64,000 nucleotides of DNA from Chthoniobacteraceae bacterium (GTDB lineage: Bacteria > Verrucomicrobiota > Verrucomicrobiia > Chthoniobacterales > Chthoniobacteraceae): contig JBBCKI010000048.1 in NCBI GenBank assembly GCA_037190965.1, positions 64,001 through 128,000 of the forward strand, read 5' to 3'. The notes beneath the pieces are model-generated. The model did not search any database. It saw only the letters and a program-made list of their open reading frames with translations, and was not told where the DNA came from. The translations under genes were made by a program, and so were the position numbers. Positions 1-17,948 of the stretch are shown here, piece by piece. Positions within the stretch are counted from its first letter, which is position 1; every line of letters starts with the position of its first letter.

Positions 1-681
1 GTGTCCGCCGCCCGAAACGAGGGCGTCGACCAGCTTCTGGAGGATCACGCGGATGGCGCGGATGGCGTCGTCGTTCCCGGCGATCGGGTAGTCGATCAGG
101 TCGGGGTTCGCGTTGGTGTCAACGATGGCAACAACGGGGATCCCAAGGCGGCGGGCTTCTGCCACGGCGATGGCTTCGCGCTGGGTGTCGATGACGATCA
201 ACGCGTCAGGGAATTTCTCCATGTTGCGGATGCCTTCGAGGTTGCGGAAGAGCTTCTCGCCCTCACGGCGGACAGCGGCGATCTCCTGCTTGCCCATCTT
301 GGAATACTCGGCCTGCTTGTCGAGATTCTCGATGTACTTGAGGCGGCCGATGCTCTTGCGGATCGTCGCGAGGTTGGTGAGGGTGCCACCCAGCCAGCGC
401 TGGTTGACGTAAAAGTGTCCGCAGGCCTGCGCGGCTTCTTTCACTGCTTCCTGCGCCTGCTTCTTGCAGCCGACGAAAAGCACTTTGCCTTTGCGCTCCG
501 CCAACTCACTCAGGAACTGCGTGGCGGCCTGGAGCTGCTTGACGGTTTCACCGAGGTTGATGATGTAGATCGCGTTCCTCTTCTCGAAGATAAAAGGCTT
601 CATCTTCGGGTTCCAGCGCTTGGTCTGGTGACCAAAGTGGACTCCGGCCTCGAGAAGTTCCGTCATTAATTCTGTCGACAT
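1..681 (-). CDS. rpsB: 30S ribosomal protein S2 (3' end outside window)
   Basis: Minus strand from ATG at 681 reads MSTELMTELLEAGVHFGHQTKRWNPKM..., the S2 signature. Not in the ORF track because it runs off the window edge. Confidence 0.97.
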   Translation of the reverse strand, partial: MSTELMTELLEAGVHFGHQTKRWNPKMKPFIFEKRNAIYIINLGETVKQLQAATQFLSELAERKGKVLFVGCKKQAQEAVKEAAQACGHFYVNQRWLGGTLTNLATIRKSIGRLKYIENLDKQAEYSKMGKQEIAAVRREGEKLFRNLEGIRNMEKFPDALIVIDTQREAIAVAEARRLGIPVVAIVDTNANPDLIDYPIAGNDDAIRAIRVILQKLVDALVSGGGH

Positions 682-712
682 AACTTATTATTCTGCTTCC
701 AAAAGGGCGCGT

Positions 713-741
713 AGTATCTACGGCTCCTGCTTTGAACGCAA
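713..741 (-). promoter_or_regulatory. sigma70-type promoter candidate for rpsB
   Basis: TTGCGT-17 nt-GATACT on the minus strand, about 30 nt upstream of the rpsB ATG. Confidence 0.5.
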
Positions 742-790
742 GGGGTAATTTTGAGGCCCTCTTTGGCTTAAAGGTGGCTCCAGCGTCCCT

Positions 791-1384
791 TCACGTTACG
801 GTTGGTTTTTGGTTTTGGGTTGGTGGGTTCTCTGCGTGCGTTTCCGTCCACCTTGCCCAGAGCCAGCAAAGGTCTGAGAGGCGGTTTAGGTAACGCAAAA
901 TTTCCAAATTCAGGGTCGGGTCGGCTTCGTGCAGCCTCGTCACCTGCCTTTCGGCGCGGCGACAAACGGTCCTCGCCATATCGAGGGCGGCGCTTTCCAC
1001 GGTCGCACCGGGGGTAGCCCAATGCTTGAAGCTGATCTGGTGGTTCTTCTCCAGATCGTCGATGGCGGCGGTAAGCCGGTCGACACTCTCTGCCGCGATG
1101 GAGCCGAAACCGGCTTTCGCATGGCGATCCCGGTCTTCCGGGGTCACGGCGATCTCGCCCATCAGGGTAATGAGTTCCTTCTGAATCCCGAGGATTGGCC
1201 GGGCAATGAATGCCTCGGCTTCGCTCCCCCCGGTCGCCGTCAGCGTGGCTCGCGCCATGCCGAGGGCTGCGTTGAGTTCATCCACCGCGCCGTTGCAGTC
1301 GATCCGAAGATCGCCCTTCGACACGCGCTTTCCGAAGAGGAGAGCGGTGGTGCCGTTATCACCGGTTTTGGTTGCGATGGACAT
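791..1384 (-). CDS. PduO-type ATP:cob(I)alamin adenosyltransferase
   Basis: Motifs IATKTGDNGTT, GAVDELNAALG, ARTVCRRAER and YLNRLSD. Confidence 0.92.
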   Translation of the reverse strand: MSIATKTGDNGTTALLFGKRVSKGDLRIDCNGAVDELNAALGMARATLTATGGSEAEAFIARPILGIQKELITLMGEIAVTPEDRDRHAKAGFGSIAAESVDRLTAAIDDLEKNHQISFKHWATPGATVESAALDMARTVCRRAERQVTRLHEADPTLNLEILRYLNRLSDLCWLWARWTETHAENPPTQNQKPTVT

Positions 1385-1388
1385 TTCT

Positions 1389-1435
1389 GAAAAAGAGAGC
1401 GGCGGCGTCTCGTGTTTCCGGGGACGCCGCCGCTC
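1389..1435 (-). terminator. intrinsic terminator after rpoC
   Basis: GAGCGGCGGCGTC...GACGCCGCCGCTC stem followed by TCTTTTTC on the minus strand. Confidence 0.75.
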
Positions 1436-1446
1436 AAACTGGATCG

Positions 1447-5559
<4,113 letters not shown>

Positions 5560-5604
5560 AGGAATAGCAATGCGATTTGCTGGATTTGCGAACGGTTGCG
5601 GGGA

Positions 5605-9399
<3,795 letters not shown>

Positions 9400-9549
9400 A
9401 GGTGGTGCGTTGGAGTTGGGACCTTGTATTGGGACGTGCCGTGGAGCCTTATTAACCTTCTATCCTGACCTGTAACTCGCGGTGCCTCGGGAGAAAACGG
9501 GAACTCGCGATCATGGGTACAACAAAACCTTCCCCCGCGCGAACGCGGG

Positions 9550-9604
9550 AAAAAGGAATAGGCTGAAAGTCGCGGGCCGTCAAACAGCCCGCGACTTTCA
9601 ACCT
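9550..9604 (-). terminator. long hairpin (terminator/attenuator) in the rplL-rpoB spacer
   Basis: AGGTTGAAAGTCGCGGGC...GCCCGCGACTTTCAGCCT followed by ATTCCTTTTT on the minus strand. Confidence 0.7.
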
Positions 9605-9746
9605 CTGAGTACTGGATCGGTGAAACGCTGAGTTCAGAATACGCCGGGTCGAATAAAGAAAATGGGTTGGGACCCTATGACACAAATCGGCGTGCGGCAA
9701 GCAATTTTTTTGCCTACCGCACGCTCGAAAGTGCTTTTTATCGAAA

Positions 9747-10121
9747 TTACTTGATTTCGACCTTGGCTCCGGCCGCTTCGATCTTCTTCTTGATCTCTTC
9801 GGCTTCAGCCTTCGTCCCGCCTTCCTTGATTGCCTTGGGAGCGCCTTCAACGAGGGCTTTGGCTTCGGCGAGGCCGAGTCCGGCAACAGCGGCGCGGACT
9901 TCCTTAATCACGCCGATCTTGTTGCCACCCACGTCAGCGAGGATGACGTCAAAGGAGGTCTTCTCCTCGACAGGAGCGGCGGCGGCTGCCGGAGCGGCGG
10001 CGGCTGCAACAGGAGCAGCGGCGCTCACGCCCCACTTCTCTTCGAGGTTCTTGACGAGATCAGCAATTTCCAGAACGGTGAGACCGCTGAGCTGATCGAC
10101 GATTGCGTTGATATCTGCCAT
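9747..10121 (-). CDS. rplL: 50S ribosomal protein L7/L12
   Basis: [31 protein letters not shown] and GLAEAK motifs. Confidence 0.99.
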   Translation of the reverse strand: MADINAIVDQLSGLTVLEIADLVKNLEEKWGVSAAAPVAAAAAPAAAAAPVEEKTSFDVILADVGGNKIGVIKEVRAAVAGLGLAEAKALVEGAPKAIKEGGTKAEAEEIKKKIEAAGAKVEIK

Positions 10122-10285
10122 AGTATTTTTTCGGTGTCGTCGTATCCCGGAGGCATCCGGATGTTTCAGGCAATCAGCCGATCACCCGACGAGGAACCAG
10201 TTTTTGGGTTTTTTTGGATTTGCGGGGCCAACGACCGTATTGGTGGTCGACCCCGCAAAAGGATGTTGTGATCTTGGTTGTCCGA

Positions 10286-10834
10286 TTAAGCGGCGGCTTC
10301 GGTGGCTTCGCCACCTGCAGATCCACCGGCCGCTTCGGCCTTGGCCTTGAGCACGCGAGCCAGCGAGGAAGCCGGTTCGTTGAGCAGGCGCACCAGCGTG
10401 CTGGCGGGCGAGAGCAACGTTCCGAGCAACTGGCCCAGAAGAACTTCGCGGCTTGGGAGGTCGGCAATGGCGGCAATCTGCTCGCTGCTGACGACAACCC
10501 GGTCAACCACGCCGACCTTGACGGCCAGCTTCTTGGTTTCACCGGCGAAAGTTTTGACGATTTTGGCGGCGGCGGCCACATCCTTGTCACCGATGACGAT
10601 GGCCGTCTGGCCATTGAGGTCGGCGCTGATGTCGGGCAACCCGGCATCGCTCAAGGCGCGGCGGAGGAACGTGTTCTTGACCACCTTGCACTCGGCACCC
10701 GCTTCGGCGAGCCGGTTGCGGAGGGTCGAAAACTGCTCAACCCGGAGGCCGGCATAATCGGTCACAAGCACGAACGGCGAGGCGTTCAGCTTGCCCTGCA
10801 AATCTTCAACAATTGTGACTTTTTCGGGTCTCAT
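10286..10834 (-). CDS. rplJ: 50S ribosomal protein L10
   Basis: DYAGLRV, KVVKNT and LPSREVLL motifs; synteny. Confidence 0.98.
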   Translation of the reverse strand: MRPEKVTIVEDLQGKLNASPFVLVTDYAGLRVEQFSTLRNRLAEAGAECKVVKNTFLRRALSDAGLPDISADLNGQTAIVIGDKDVAAAAKIVKTFAGETKKLAVKVGVVDRVVVSSEQIAAIADLPSREVLLGQLLGTLLSPASTLVRLLNEPASSLARVLKAKAEAAGGSAGGEATEAAA

Positions 10835-10849
10835 GATGGGCGGCTCCGG

Positions 10850-11548
10850 TTAGTTCTTCAGGTAGGGCGACGGGTCGAGTTTCAGACCCGGGAGCATCGT
10901 GGCGCTCAGCGTGATGTTGGTGACAAACGTCCCCTTTGCGGTGGCCGGACGAGCCTTGACGATCGCTTCGATGACGGTCGTGCCGTTGTCGTTGAGGGCT
11001 TCTTCGCTGAAGGAGAACTTGCCGAACGGCACGGCGATGTTGCCATTCTTGTCGAGCTTGAACTCAACGCGGCCCGCCTTGACTTCCTTGACCGCTTTGG
11101 CGGTGTCGTCGGTCACGGTGCCGGTTTTCGGGTTTGGCATCAAGCCGCGAGGCCCGAGGACTTTACCGAGCTTGCGGACTTCAGTCATCGCAGCCGGAGT
11201 GGCGATGGCGACGTCGAAATCCTGGAAGCCTTCCTGAACCTTCTTGAGGAGGTCTTCGTAACCGACGAATTCCGCACCAGCTTCGCGGGCGGCTTCAGCG
11301 GCCTGGCCCTGGGCGAACACGAGAACGCGGACCGACTTGCCGCTGCCGTGAGGAAGCGGAGTGGTGCCACGGACCATCTGGTCGGACTGGCGGGGATCCA
11401 CGCCGAGACGGAACGAGAGAGTGACCGTCTGGTCGAATTTGGTGGCGGGGAGCGTCTTGATGAGAGAGACGGCTTCCTGCAGGGAGTACGCTTTGTCGGC
11501 CACCTTTTCAAGGGCGGCGCGGTAACGCTTGCTTCTTTTCTTTGCCAT
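10850..11548 (-). CDS. rplA: 50S ribosomal protein L1
   Basis: LPHGSGK and [16 protein letters not shown] motifs. Confidence 0.99.
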   Translation of the reverse strand: MAKKRSKRYRAALEKVADKAYSLQEAVSLIKTLPATKFDQTVTLSFRLGVDPRQSDQMVRGTTPLPHGSGKSVRVLVFAQGQAAEAAREAGAEFVGYEDLLKKVQEGFQDFDVAIATPAAMTEVRKLGKVLGPRGLMPNPKTGTVTDDTAKAVKEVKAGRVEFKLDKNGNIAVPFGKFSFSEEALNDNGTTVIEAIVKARPATAKGTFVTNITLSATMLPGLKLDPSPYLKN

Positions 11549-11556
11549 AAAGGGTT

Positions 11557-11593
11557 GCAGTAAAAGCGAGCCTCCTTTCGGAGGCTCTCCTGC
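11557..11593 (-). promoter_or_regulatory. putative L1-binding autoregulatory RNA site
   Basis: Minus strand GCAG-GAG-AGCCTCC-GAAA-GGAGGCT-CGCTTTTA-CTGC: two helices separated by an asymmetric loop, directly before rplA. Confidence 0.6.
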
Positions 11594-11611
11594 GGTTTTG
11601 ATTGTGTTGAC

Positions 11612-12037
11612 TTAGCCTTCGATCTCAATGCCCATCTGACGGGCCGTTCCGGCGATGATGCGGAAGCCGGCTTCTTCAGTGCGGGCGTTGAGGTCTTTGG
11701 ACTTGATCTTGACGATGTCGAGGACCTGTTTTTTGGTGAGCTTGGCCACTTTCACCTTGTTGGGCTCCTTGGAACCGGCGGCGATACCGGCGGCTTTCTT
11801 CAGGAGGACGCCGGCGGGAGGCGACTTGGTGATGAAGGTGAAGGACTTGTCCTTGTAGACCGTGATGACAACCGGGAGGATGTCTCCAGCCTGCTTCTGC
11901 GTGGTGGCGTTGAACTCCTTGCAGAAAGCCATGATGTTGACGCCCTGCTGACCGAGCGCGGGCCCGATGGGGGGCGCTGGGTTGGCCTGGCCTGCAGGGA
12001 TCTGCAATTTGATGAACGCGACGACTTCTTTAGCCAT
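11612..12037 (-). CDS. rplK: 50S ribosomal protein L11
   Basis: [13 protein letters not shown] and FCKEFNA motifs. Confidence 0.99.
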   Translation of the reverse strand: MAKEVVAFIKLQIPAGQANPAPPIGPALGQQGVNIMAFCKEFNATTQKQAGDILPVVITVYKDKSFTFITKSPPAGVLLKKAAGIAAGSKEPNKVKVAKLTKKQVLDIVKIKSKDLNARTEEAGFRIIAGTARQMGIEIEG

Positions 12038-12090
12038 AGGATAATTGAAAAGTGATTTAGACGGGTAAAAAGGATTTTCCGGCAGCGGAG

Positions 12091-12651
12091 TTAGCTCCGT
12101 TCAACCTGCCAGTACTCGAGTTCCACCGGGGTGGAGCGCCCGAAGATGCTGACAGAGACGCGCAGCTTGCCGCGCTCGGGGTCGATCTCCTCGACCACCC
12201 CGCTCTGATTCTGGAAGGGGCCGTCGGCCACCTTGACGGTCTCGCCGATCTCGAAGCTGACCTTCGGTTTGACGGTGTCTTCGCGCTCGGCCATTTGGGC
12301 GAGCATGGTCTGCACCTCCTGGTCCCGCATGGGAATGGGCCGGTCTTTGGTGCCTGCGAACCCGATAACGCCAGGGGTTTCGCGGATGAAATACCAAGTG
12401 CGCTCAACGAGCTTCCCATCTTCGAGAAGGCGCATGTTGATGATGAGATAGCCTGGCAGCAACTTGCGCACCGTTTCGGTGCGTTTGCCACGCTTTACCT
12501 CGGAGATCCGCTCTGTAGGAATCAGCACTTCAAAGATCAGGTCGCCCATCTCTTCGGTCTTGATGCGTTTGACGATATTGTCATGCACCTTCTGTTCCTG
12601 GCCTGCGAGAACATGCACCGCAAACCACTGATTGCCTGTCGATTCTGCCAT
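12091..12651 (-). CDS. nusG: transcription factor NusG
   Basis: NGN domain (WFAVHV...LLPGY...TPGVIGF) plus KOW (GPF...[10 protein letters not shown]). Probable start MAESTG overlaps the secE stop (TAATG). Confidence 0.98.
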   Translation of the reverse strand: MAESTGNQWFAVHVLAGQEQKVHDNIVKRIKTEEMGDLIFEVLIPTERISEVKRGKRTETVRKLLPGYLIINMRLLEDGKLVERTWYFIRETPGVIGFAGTKDRPIPMRDQEVQTMLAQMAEREDTVKPKVSFEIGETVKVADGPFQNQSGVVEEIDPERGKLRVSVSIFGRSTPVELEYWQVERS

Positions 12652-12875
12652 TAGTGCCAGCCTCCGGTCGTGATGGCACCAACCACGTGCACCAGGATCA
12701 AATCCCAAAACGCCACATAGCCGCTCAAGAGCAGCATGGCGACGACGACGACAACGGTGGAATCAACCAGCTCCTTATATTTTTTGAATCCCTTTTCCTT
12801 TGGATCCCAAGGCCAGCTGGCTTTCAGAAGCTCCCCTTTGACTTCGCTGATGAAAGTGTTGATGCGAGCGAACAT
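12651..12875 (-). CDS. secE: preprotein translocase subunit SecE
   Basis: EVKGELLKASWP plus a single TM segment; lies between tRNA-Trp and nusG. Confidence 0.95.
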   Translation of the reverse strand: MFARINTFISEVKGELLKASWPWDPKEKGFKKYKELVDSTVVVVVAMLLLSGYVAFWDLILVHVVGAITTGGWH

Positions 12876-12897
12876 TAAATTACGGGATTAAAAAGAA

Positions 12898-12970
12898 CAG
12901 GCCAGGAGGGACTCGAACCCCCAACAAACGGTTTTGGAGACCGCTACTCTACCAATTGAGTTACTGACCT
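12898..12970 (-). tRNA. tRNA-Trp(CCA)
   Basis: AGGTCAG acceptor stem, anticodon loop CT-CCA-AA, GGTTCGAGTCC T-arm; 3' CCA not encoded. Confidence 0.97.
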
Positions 12971-13053
12971 ATCTCTTTAATGAAGTGAAGTTCTTTTCTC
13001 AAACCCTCCGGGAAGCTAGCTCCCCGGAGGTTTGAAAGCAATCCTTGTCCTCT

Positions 13054-14235
13054 TTAGAGGATTTCGGAAACGCGGCCTGCACCCACCGTACGGCCACCTT
13101 CGCGGATGGCGAAGCGGATGGTCTTCTCCATGGCGATCGGGGTGACGAGCTCGACTTCGATGGCGACGTTGTCACCAGGCATCACCATTTCAACTCCTTC
13201 AGGGAGGCTGACGGTGCCGGTCACGTCCGTGGTACGGAAGTAGAACTGCGGGCGGTAGTTGGTGAAGAACGGCGTGTGGCGGCCGCCTTCGTCTTTGCTC
13301 AAGACGTAGATTTCAGCCTTGAACTTGCTGTGCGGGGTGATCGAGCCGGGCTTGGCGATCACCTGACCACGCTGAATGTCTTCCTTCTTCACGCCGCGGA
13401 GCAGAACGCCGACGTTGTCACCGGCGCGGGCTTCGTCGAGAAGCTTGCGGAACATTTCGATGTCGGTCGCGGTCGTCTTCGAGGTCGGACGGATACCAAC
13501 GATCTCGACTTCGTCCATCTTCTTGAGGATGCCACGTTCGACACGGCCGGTCGCGACGGTGCCGCGGCCTTCAATGTTGAACACGTCTTCCACAGGGAGG
13601 AGGAAGGGCTGATCCACCGGACGCTCAGGAACGGCGATGTACTCGTCGACAGCGGCAACGAGGTCGAGGATGCGCTGCTCGTATTCGGCGTCGCCTTCGA
13701 GCGCCTTGAGAGCGGAACCCTTGACGATCGGAATCGAGTCACCAGGGAATTCGTACTGGTTGAGAAGGTCGCGAACTTCCATCTCGACGAGGTCGAGGAG
13801 TTCGGGATCGTCCACCATGTCGCACTTGTTGAGGAAGACAACCATCGCGGGCACGCCGACCTGACGGGCGAGCAGGATGTGCTCACGGGTCTGAGGCATG
13901 GGGCCGTCAGCGGCACTGACGACGAGGATCGCTCCGTCCATCTGCGCGGCGCCGGTGATCATGTTCTTCACATAGTCGGCGTGGCCGGGGCAGTCGACGT
14001 GCGCGTAGTGGCGGTTGTCGCTCTGGTACTCGACGTGAGCGGTGTTAATGGTGATACCGCGCTCTTTTTCTTCCGGAGCCGCGTCGATGTCGGCGTAGGC
14101 GCGGGCCTGAGCGAAGCCTTTCTTCGCAAGAATCGTCGTGATTGCCGCTGTGAGGGTGGTCTTGCCGTGATCGACGTGACCGATCGTGCCAATGTTCACG
14201 TGCGGCTTATCGCGCTTGAATGATTCCTTTGCCAT
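13054..14235 (-). CDS. tuf: elongation factor Tu
   Basis: [22 protein letters not shown] and NKCD motifs. True start is MAKESF at 14235, preceded by a GAGGAG SD. Confidence 0.99.
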   Translation of the reverse strand: MAKESFKRDKPHVNIGTIGHVDHGKTTLTAAITTILAKKGFAQARAYADIDAAPEEKERGITINTAHVEYQSDNRHYAHVDCPGHADYVKNMITGAAQMDGAILVVSAADGPMPQTREHILLARQVGVPAMVVFLNKCDMVDDPELLDLVEMEVRDLLNQYEFPGDSIPIVKGSALKALEGDAEYEQRILDLVAAVDEYIAVPERPVDQPFLLPVEDVFNIEGRGTVATGRVERGILKKMDEVEIVGIRPTSKTTATDIEMFRKLLDEARAGDNVGVLLRGVKKEDIQRGQVIAKPGSITPHSKFKAEIYVLSKDEGGRHTPFFTNYRPQFYFRTTDVTGTVSLPEGVEMVMPGDNVAIEVELVTPIAMEKTIRFAIREGGRTVGAGRVSEIL

Positions 14236-14333
14236 TTTCTGGTCTCCTCGTGACTGGGTTAGTCTTGGGTTAAGTTTAGTCTTGGTGGTTAAAATTGTTG
14301 TGCCGTTCAAGTCCCGGCTTCCAGTGCCGGAGG

Positions 14334-14409
<76 letters not shown>

Positions 14410-14566
14410 GTATCCATTTCATCTCCTGAGACCGAACGGGATTTCTCCCGGTCCTCCCAAGATCTCGCTCCAAGAGGCCAAGGGCGAAAAACCCCTGAGC
14501 CGAACCCGCATAGAAACGAGCACGATCAGGGTAAAAATCACTCTTGGCTCCTAAAAGCGAGCGGTG

Positions 14567-14594
14567 AAAGTAGCAAAAGCCCCCCGACTGTCAA
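14567..14594 (-). promoter_or_regulatory. sigma70 promoter candidate for the tRNA-Thr/tuf operon
   Basis: TTGACA-16 nt-TACTTT on the minus strand. Confidence 0.6.
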
Positions 14595-14730
14595 AAGATT
14601 TCTCGCGGATTTTATCTCAAAGTTCGCGCAAACCCTCCGCAGAGGTGCAATTTTTCCTCGCCAGCACGGGAAGTGAAGCCTAAAACGCTCGTCCCTTCAA
14701 GCGGCAAACCCCGTATGAAGCCTTAATTCG

Positions 14731-15609
14731 ATGAACCAGCAGATTCTCAGAATCGGACTCCCTTCCGGCAGTCTACAGGAGCCCACCCTGGCGCTTTTCG
14801 CCAAGGCCGGGTTCACGATCACTGTTCCAAAGAGGTCCTACAAGCCCTCCGTGGACGACCCGCAGCTCGAAGTTTGCCTTTTGCGCGCCCAGGAGATCAG
14901 CCGCTATGTAGAGAACGGCTATCTGGATTGCGGCCTTACCGGGCTGGACTGGGTCGTGGAGAACGACTCCAACGTCGAACGGCTCTGCGAACTGACCTTT
15001 TCCAAGGTAAGCAGCGCCCCGACGCGCTGGGTGCTCGTGGTGCCGGAGGCCTCGCCGATCCGTTCCGTCAAGGATCTGGAAGGCAAAGTGATCGCCACGG
15101 AGGCGATCAACATGACCCGCCGGTTTCTCGAAAAGAACGGCGTGAAGGCCGAAGTCGAATTTTCATGGGGTGCGACGGAAGTGAAAGTCCCGGACCTGGT
15201 TGACGCGATCGTCGACGTCACGGAGACCGGCTCCTCGTTGCGCGCCAACAAATTGCGGATCGTGGAGACGCTCATGGAGTCGTCCCCTCAGTTCATTGCC
15301 AACAAGACCGCTGCCCTCGACGCTTGGAAGCGGGAGAAGATGGAAACCCTCGTTCTCCTGCTGCGCGGCGCCCTGAATGCACGGGACAAGGTTGGCCTCA
15401 AGATGAATATCGAAGAAAAGAAATTGCAGAATCTGCTGCAAGCTCTACCTTCGCTCCGCAATCCGACCATCGCACACCTGGCGACGGGAGGCTGGGTCGC
15501 GGTGGAAACAGTCATTGACGAAAAAGTCGTCAGAGAGATTATCCCCCAACTCAAGGCGCTCGGCGCCGAAGGGATCATTGAGTATCCCCTGAACAAGGTC
15601 GTTTACTAA
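14731..15609 (+). CDS. hisG: ATP phosphoribosyltransferase (long form)
   Basis: LPSGSL, RAQEI, GATE and [18 protein letters not shown] motifs, plus the C-terminal regulatory domain. Confidence 0.96.
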   Translation: MNQQILRIGLPSGSLQEPTLALFAKAGFTITVPKRSYKPSVDDPQLEVCLLRAQEISRYVENGYLDCGLTGLDWVVENDSNVERLCELTFSKVSSAPTRWVLVVPEASPIRSVKDLEGKVIATEAINMTRRFLEKNGVKAEVEFSWGATEVKVPDLVDAIVDVTETGSSLRANKLRIVETLMESSPQFIANKTAALDAWKREKMETLVLLLRGALNARDKVGLKMNIEEKKLQNLLQALPSLRNPTIAHLATGGWVAVETVIDEKVVREIIPQLKALGAEGIIEYPLNKVVY

Positions 15610-15662
15610 AAAAATCGACTAGAAACCAGCAGGTCAACAGCCAAGCAGAACAGTAGCAACGT

Positions 15663-15767
15663 ATGGGTTCATTAAAGAAAAGACGCAAAGCCAAAATTGC
15701 GAAGCACAAGCGCCGTAAGCGGATGAAAGAAAACCGCCACAAGAAGCGTTTGCGCTACAAGAGCTAG
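15663..15767 (+). CDS. small basic protein, bS22 / AURKAIP1-COX24 (mS38) family
   Basis: MGSLKKRRKAKIAKHKRRKRMKENRHKKRLRYKS*, 34 aa, below the ORF-track cutoff. Fits the MGS..K(K/R)R.K....HK..K pattern. Confidence 0.85.
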   Translation: MGSLKKRRKAKIAKHKRRKRMKENRHKKRLRYKS

Positions 15768-15783
15768 CCAATACGTTAGTGCA

Positions 15784-17685
15784 ATGAACCCACTGAGAGC
15801 CCTGACCCTAAAAAGCCGGCGGCTCTCGTGGCTCTTTCGCCTTTCATCGCCTGGCGTCCGTGGCTTGCGCCCCGGAATCTGCTGCGGGATTCGTCACGGG
15901 ATTGCCCGTGCCATCCATTACGGTATCCACCGCAGTATTCAAATAGGAATTGGGGTCGGTCTTCTGGCCGGCCCGATTCTGTTTTCCGCCCAAGCGGCAA
16001 AGCCGGGCCGTGCGTATCCCGGCTCACGGGGTGTCCAATCCGACATCCTGCCAAAAACAACGCTCAAGCCTGAAGCGACTCCGACAGATCTCCTCCTCCA
16101 GAAATCGGGGGAAAAGATTGCGGAGGCGCTTGCTTCGTTTTCAGAAGGTCTTGCCGCGGAGGAGAATGCCGACTTCGAACGCGCGCTCGAAGCCTACCGG
16201 CGCACGCTGTCGCTGGACCCGAGCAATACCGAGCTTGCGGTCAAGGTCGCCTTCACACTGGCCCAACGCGGAGAAGTTCCGCAAGGGATCGACATCCTTA
16301 AAGACGCGGCCAAAGCCTCTCCGAAAGAGTCGCTGCCCCCTCTCTGCCTTTCGCAGCTTTACGGGAAATTCCTCAAAAAGCAGGATCTTGCGGAACGATA
16401 CGCGCTTACCGCGCTGAACCTGGAGCCGGAAAGCTTCGCCGCTTATCTCGCGCTCTTCGAGATTTACACCGTCAGCAATCAACCCAAGAAAGCCGACGCG
16501 ATCCTCCACCGCGCCTCCCAATCTCCCACGCAGGACCCCCAGTTCTGGCTTCAGCTGGCGGAAATCTATTCGAAACTTCCCACCAACGACGAGGAGAAGA
16601 CGACCCGTGTCATCGCCGCCCTCGATAAGGCGTTGGCCTCCGGGAAGGAAAACCTGGCCGTCATGGCCAAAGTGGCCGATGCCTACGCCGTGATGCGAAA
16701 GGTGGAACTGGCGATCCCGCTCTATCGCAAGGTCATTGAAGGAAGCAAGAACCCACGCTCCGAAGAAACGCTGGCAATGCGGGACAAGCTCGCCCGCTGC
16801 CTGCTGGCCGATGGCAAACGGGATGAAGCGATCGCCGTCCTCGAGGCCATGGTCAAGGATGGCCCGGCTCGTTATGAGACCTACGAAATGCTGGGTGAAT
16901 TACACGCCCTCAACGATCAATTGGAACGGGCCACTCTCAGCTACCAGCAAGCCCTGCTGATCGACGCTTCGCAACCGGAGAAATTCCTCCGCATCGCCGA
17001 TCTCCAATTGCGGCAGAAGAAACCTGAGGAGGCCGTCAAAACGCTGACTGCGGCCCGGGCGAGGTTCCCTCGTTTCCCCAGAATCACCTATTCCCTCGCC
17101 CTCGTCATGAGGGAGGCGAAACAGTTTCCACAAGCTCTGGCAATGTTCGATCAAGCCGCGCAGGAAGGCCAGAATTCCTCCGAAGGGCTCTTTACCAGCG
17201 TGTTCTATTTCGACTACGGAGTGGCTGCCGAACAGGCCGGGAAGCTCGAACTGGCCGCGGAGATGCTTCGCAAGTGCATTCAGCTTGACCCCTCCAACGC
17301 CGCGCAGGCTTACAACTACCTCGGCTACATGTGGGCTGATAAAGGCGAGCATCTGGAGGAGGCTCTGGAGTTGATCAAGAACGCCCTCGCCCTCATTCCG
17401 GATGAAGCCGCCTTCCTGGACAGCCTCGGCTGGTGCTATTTCAAGCTCGGTGACTACGAGAACGCGATCACCTACCTCCAAAAGGCCGCCGAAAAGATGC
17501 AGCCGGAGGAAGCGGTCATCTTCGACCACCTCGGCGACGCCTATGCAGCCGGGGGAAAACAGGCCGAAGCGCTGGAGAACTGGAACAAGGCCGTCGCGCT
17601 TGATCCGAAAAACAAGGAACTAACCGAGAAAATCGACAAAGCGCAGAAGCGCAAAGCCCCGGCTCCCGCCGCTGTGGTCCCCTGA
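15784..17685 (+). CDS. exported tetratricopeptide-repeat protein
   Basis: Many TPR repeats, including AYNYLGYMWAD, AFLDSLGWCYFK and IFDHLGDAY. Hydrophobic N-terminal segment; start uncertain. Confidence 0.85.
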   Translation: MNPLRALTLKSRRLSWLFRLSSPGVRGLRPGICCGIRHGIARAIHYGIHRSIQIGIGVGLLAGPILFSAQAAKPGRAYPGSRGVQSDILPKTTLKPEATPTDLLLQKSGEKIAEALASFSEGLAAEENADFERALEAYRRTLSLDPSNTELAVKVAFTLAQRGEVPQGIDILKDAAKASPKESLPPLCLSQLYGKFLKKQDLAERYALTALNLEPESFAAYLALFEIYTVSNQPKKADAILHRASQSPTQDPQFWLQLAEIYSKLPTNDEEKTTRVIAALDKALASGKENLAVMAKVADAYAVMRKVELAIPLYRKVIEGSKNPRSEETLAMRDKLARCLLADGKRDEAIAVLEAMVKDGPARYETYEMLGELHALNDQLERATLSYQQALLIDASQPEKFLRIADLQLRQKKPEEAVKTLTAARARFPRFPRITYSLALVMREAKQFPQALAMFDQAAQEGQNSSEGLFTSVFYFDYGVAAEQAGKLELAAEMLRKCIQLDPSNAAQAYNYLGYMWADKGEHLEEALELIKNALALIPDEAAFLDSLGWCYFKLGDYENAITYLQKAAEKMQPEEAVIFDHLGDAYAAGGKQAEALENWNKAVALDPKNKELTEKIDKAQKRKAPAPAAVVP

Positions 17686-17703
17686 TCAAGGACGCAAGAC
17701 GGA

Positions 17704-17868
17704 TGGTGCGGCAGCACCGGTAGCACGCTCGCGCCGTCGAGCGCGGGTATCGGCTCTCGTGGCTTCATGAAGGCTGCATCCCAATACCAGAAGCCTATCC
17801 TGCGGGGATGGGCGGCGCAAAACGCGGCTCGTTAACCCATCCCGCGCTCGCGGCGCGAGTGGTCTACC
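17704..17868 (+). repeat. REP doublet (REPIN-like) copy 1 with 5' flanking hairpin
   Basis: TGGTGCGGCAGCACC, then GGTAG-palindrome (17719), spacer, inverted palindrome-CTACC (17868). Confidence 0.88.
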
Positions 17869-17948
17869 AAGCACGCCCACTCTCTCAGCAAATCGGCCAT
17901 GCCCTCTCCGGGCCATTTGCGCTCACGCGCTTCCTGGGACATCTTGAG

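Noticed and set aside
1..669. 222-aa plus-strand ORF
   Set aside because: Antisense shadow of rpsB.
12971..13053. rpmG (L33) expected between tuf and tRNA-Trp/secE
   Set aside because: Only 83 nt containing a hairpin, with no ORF. Absence here is a common gene-order variant.
10214..14223. Long plus-strand ORFs 10214-11563 and 13045-14223
   Set aside because: Antisense shadows of rplJ/rplA and tuf.
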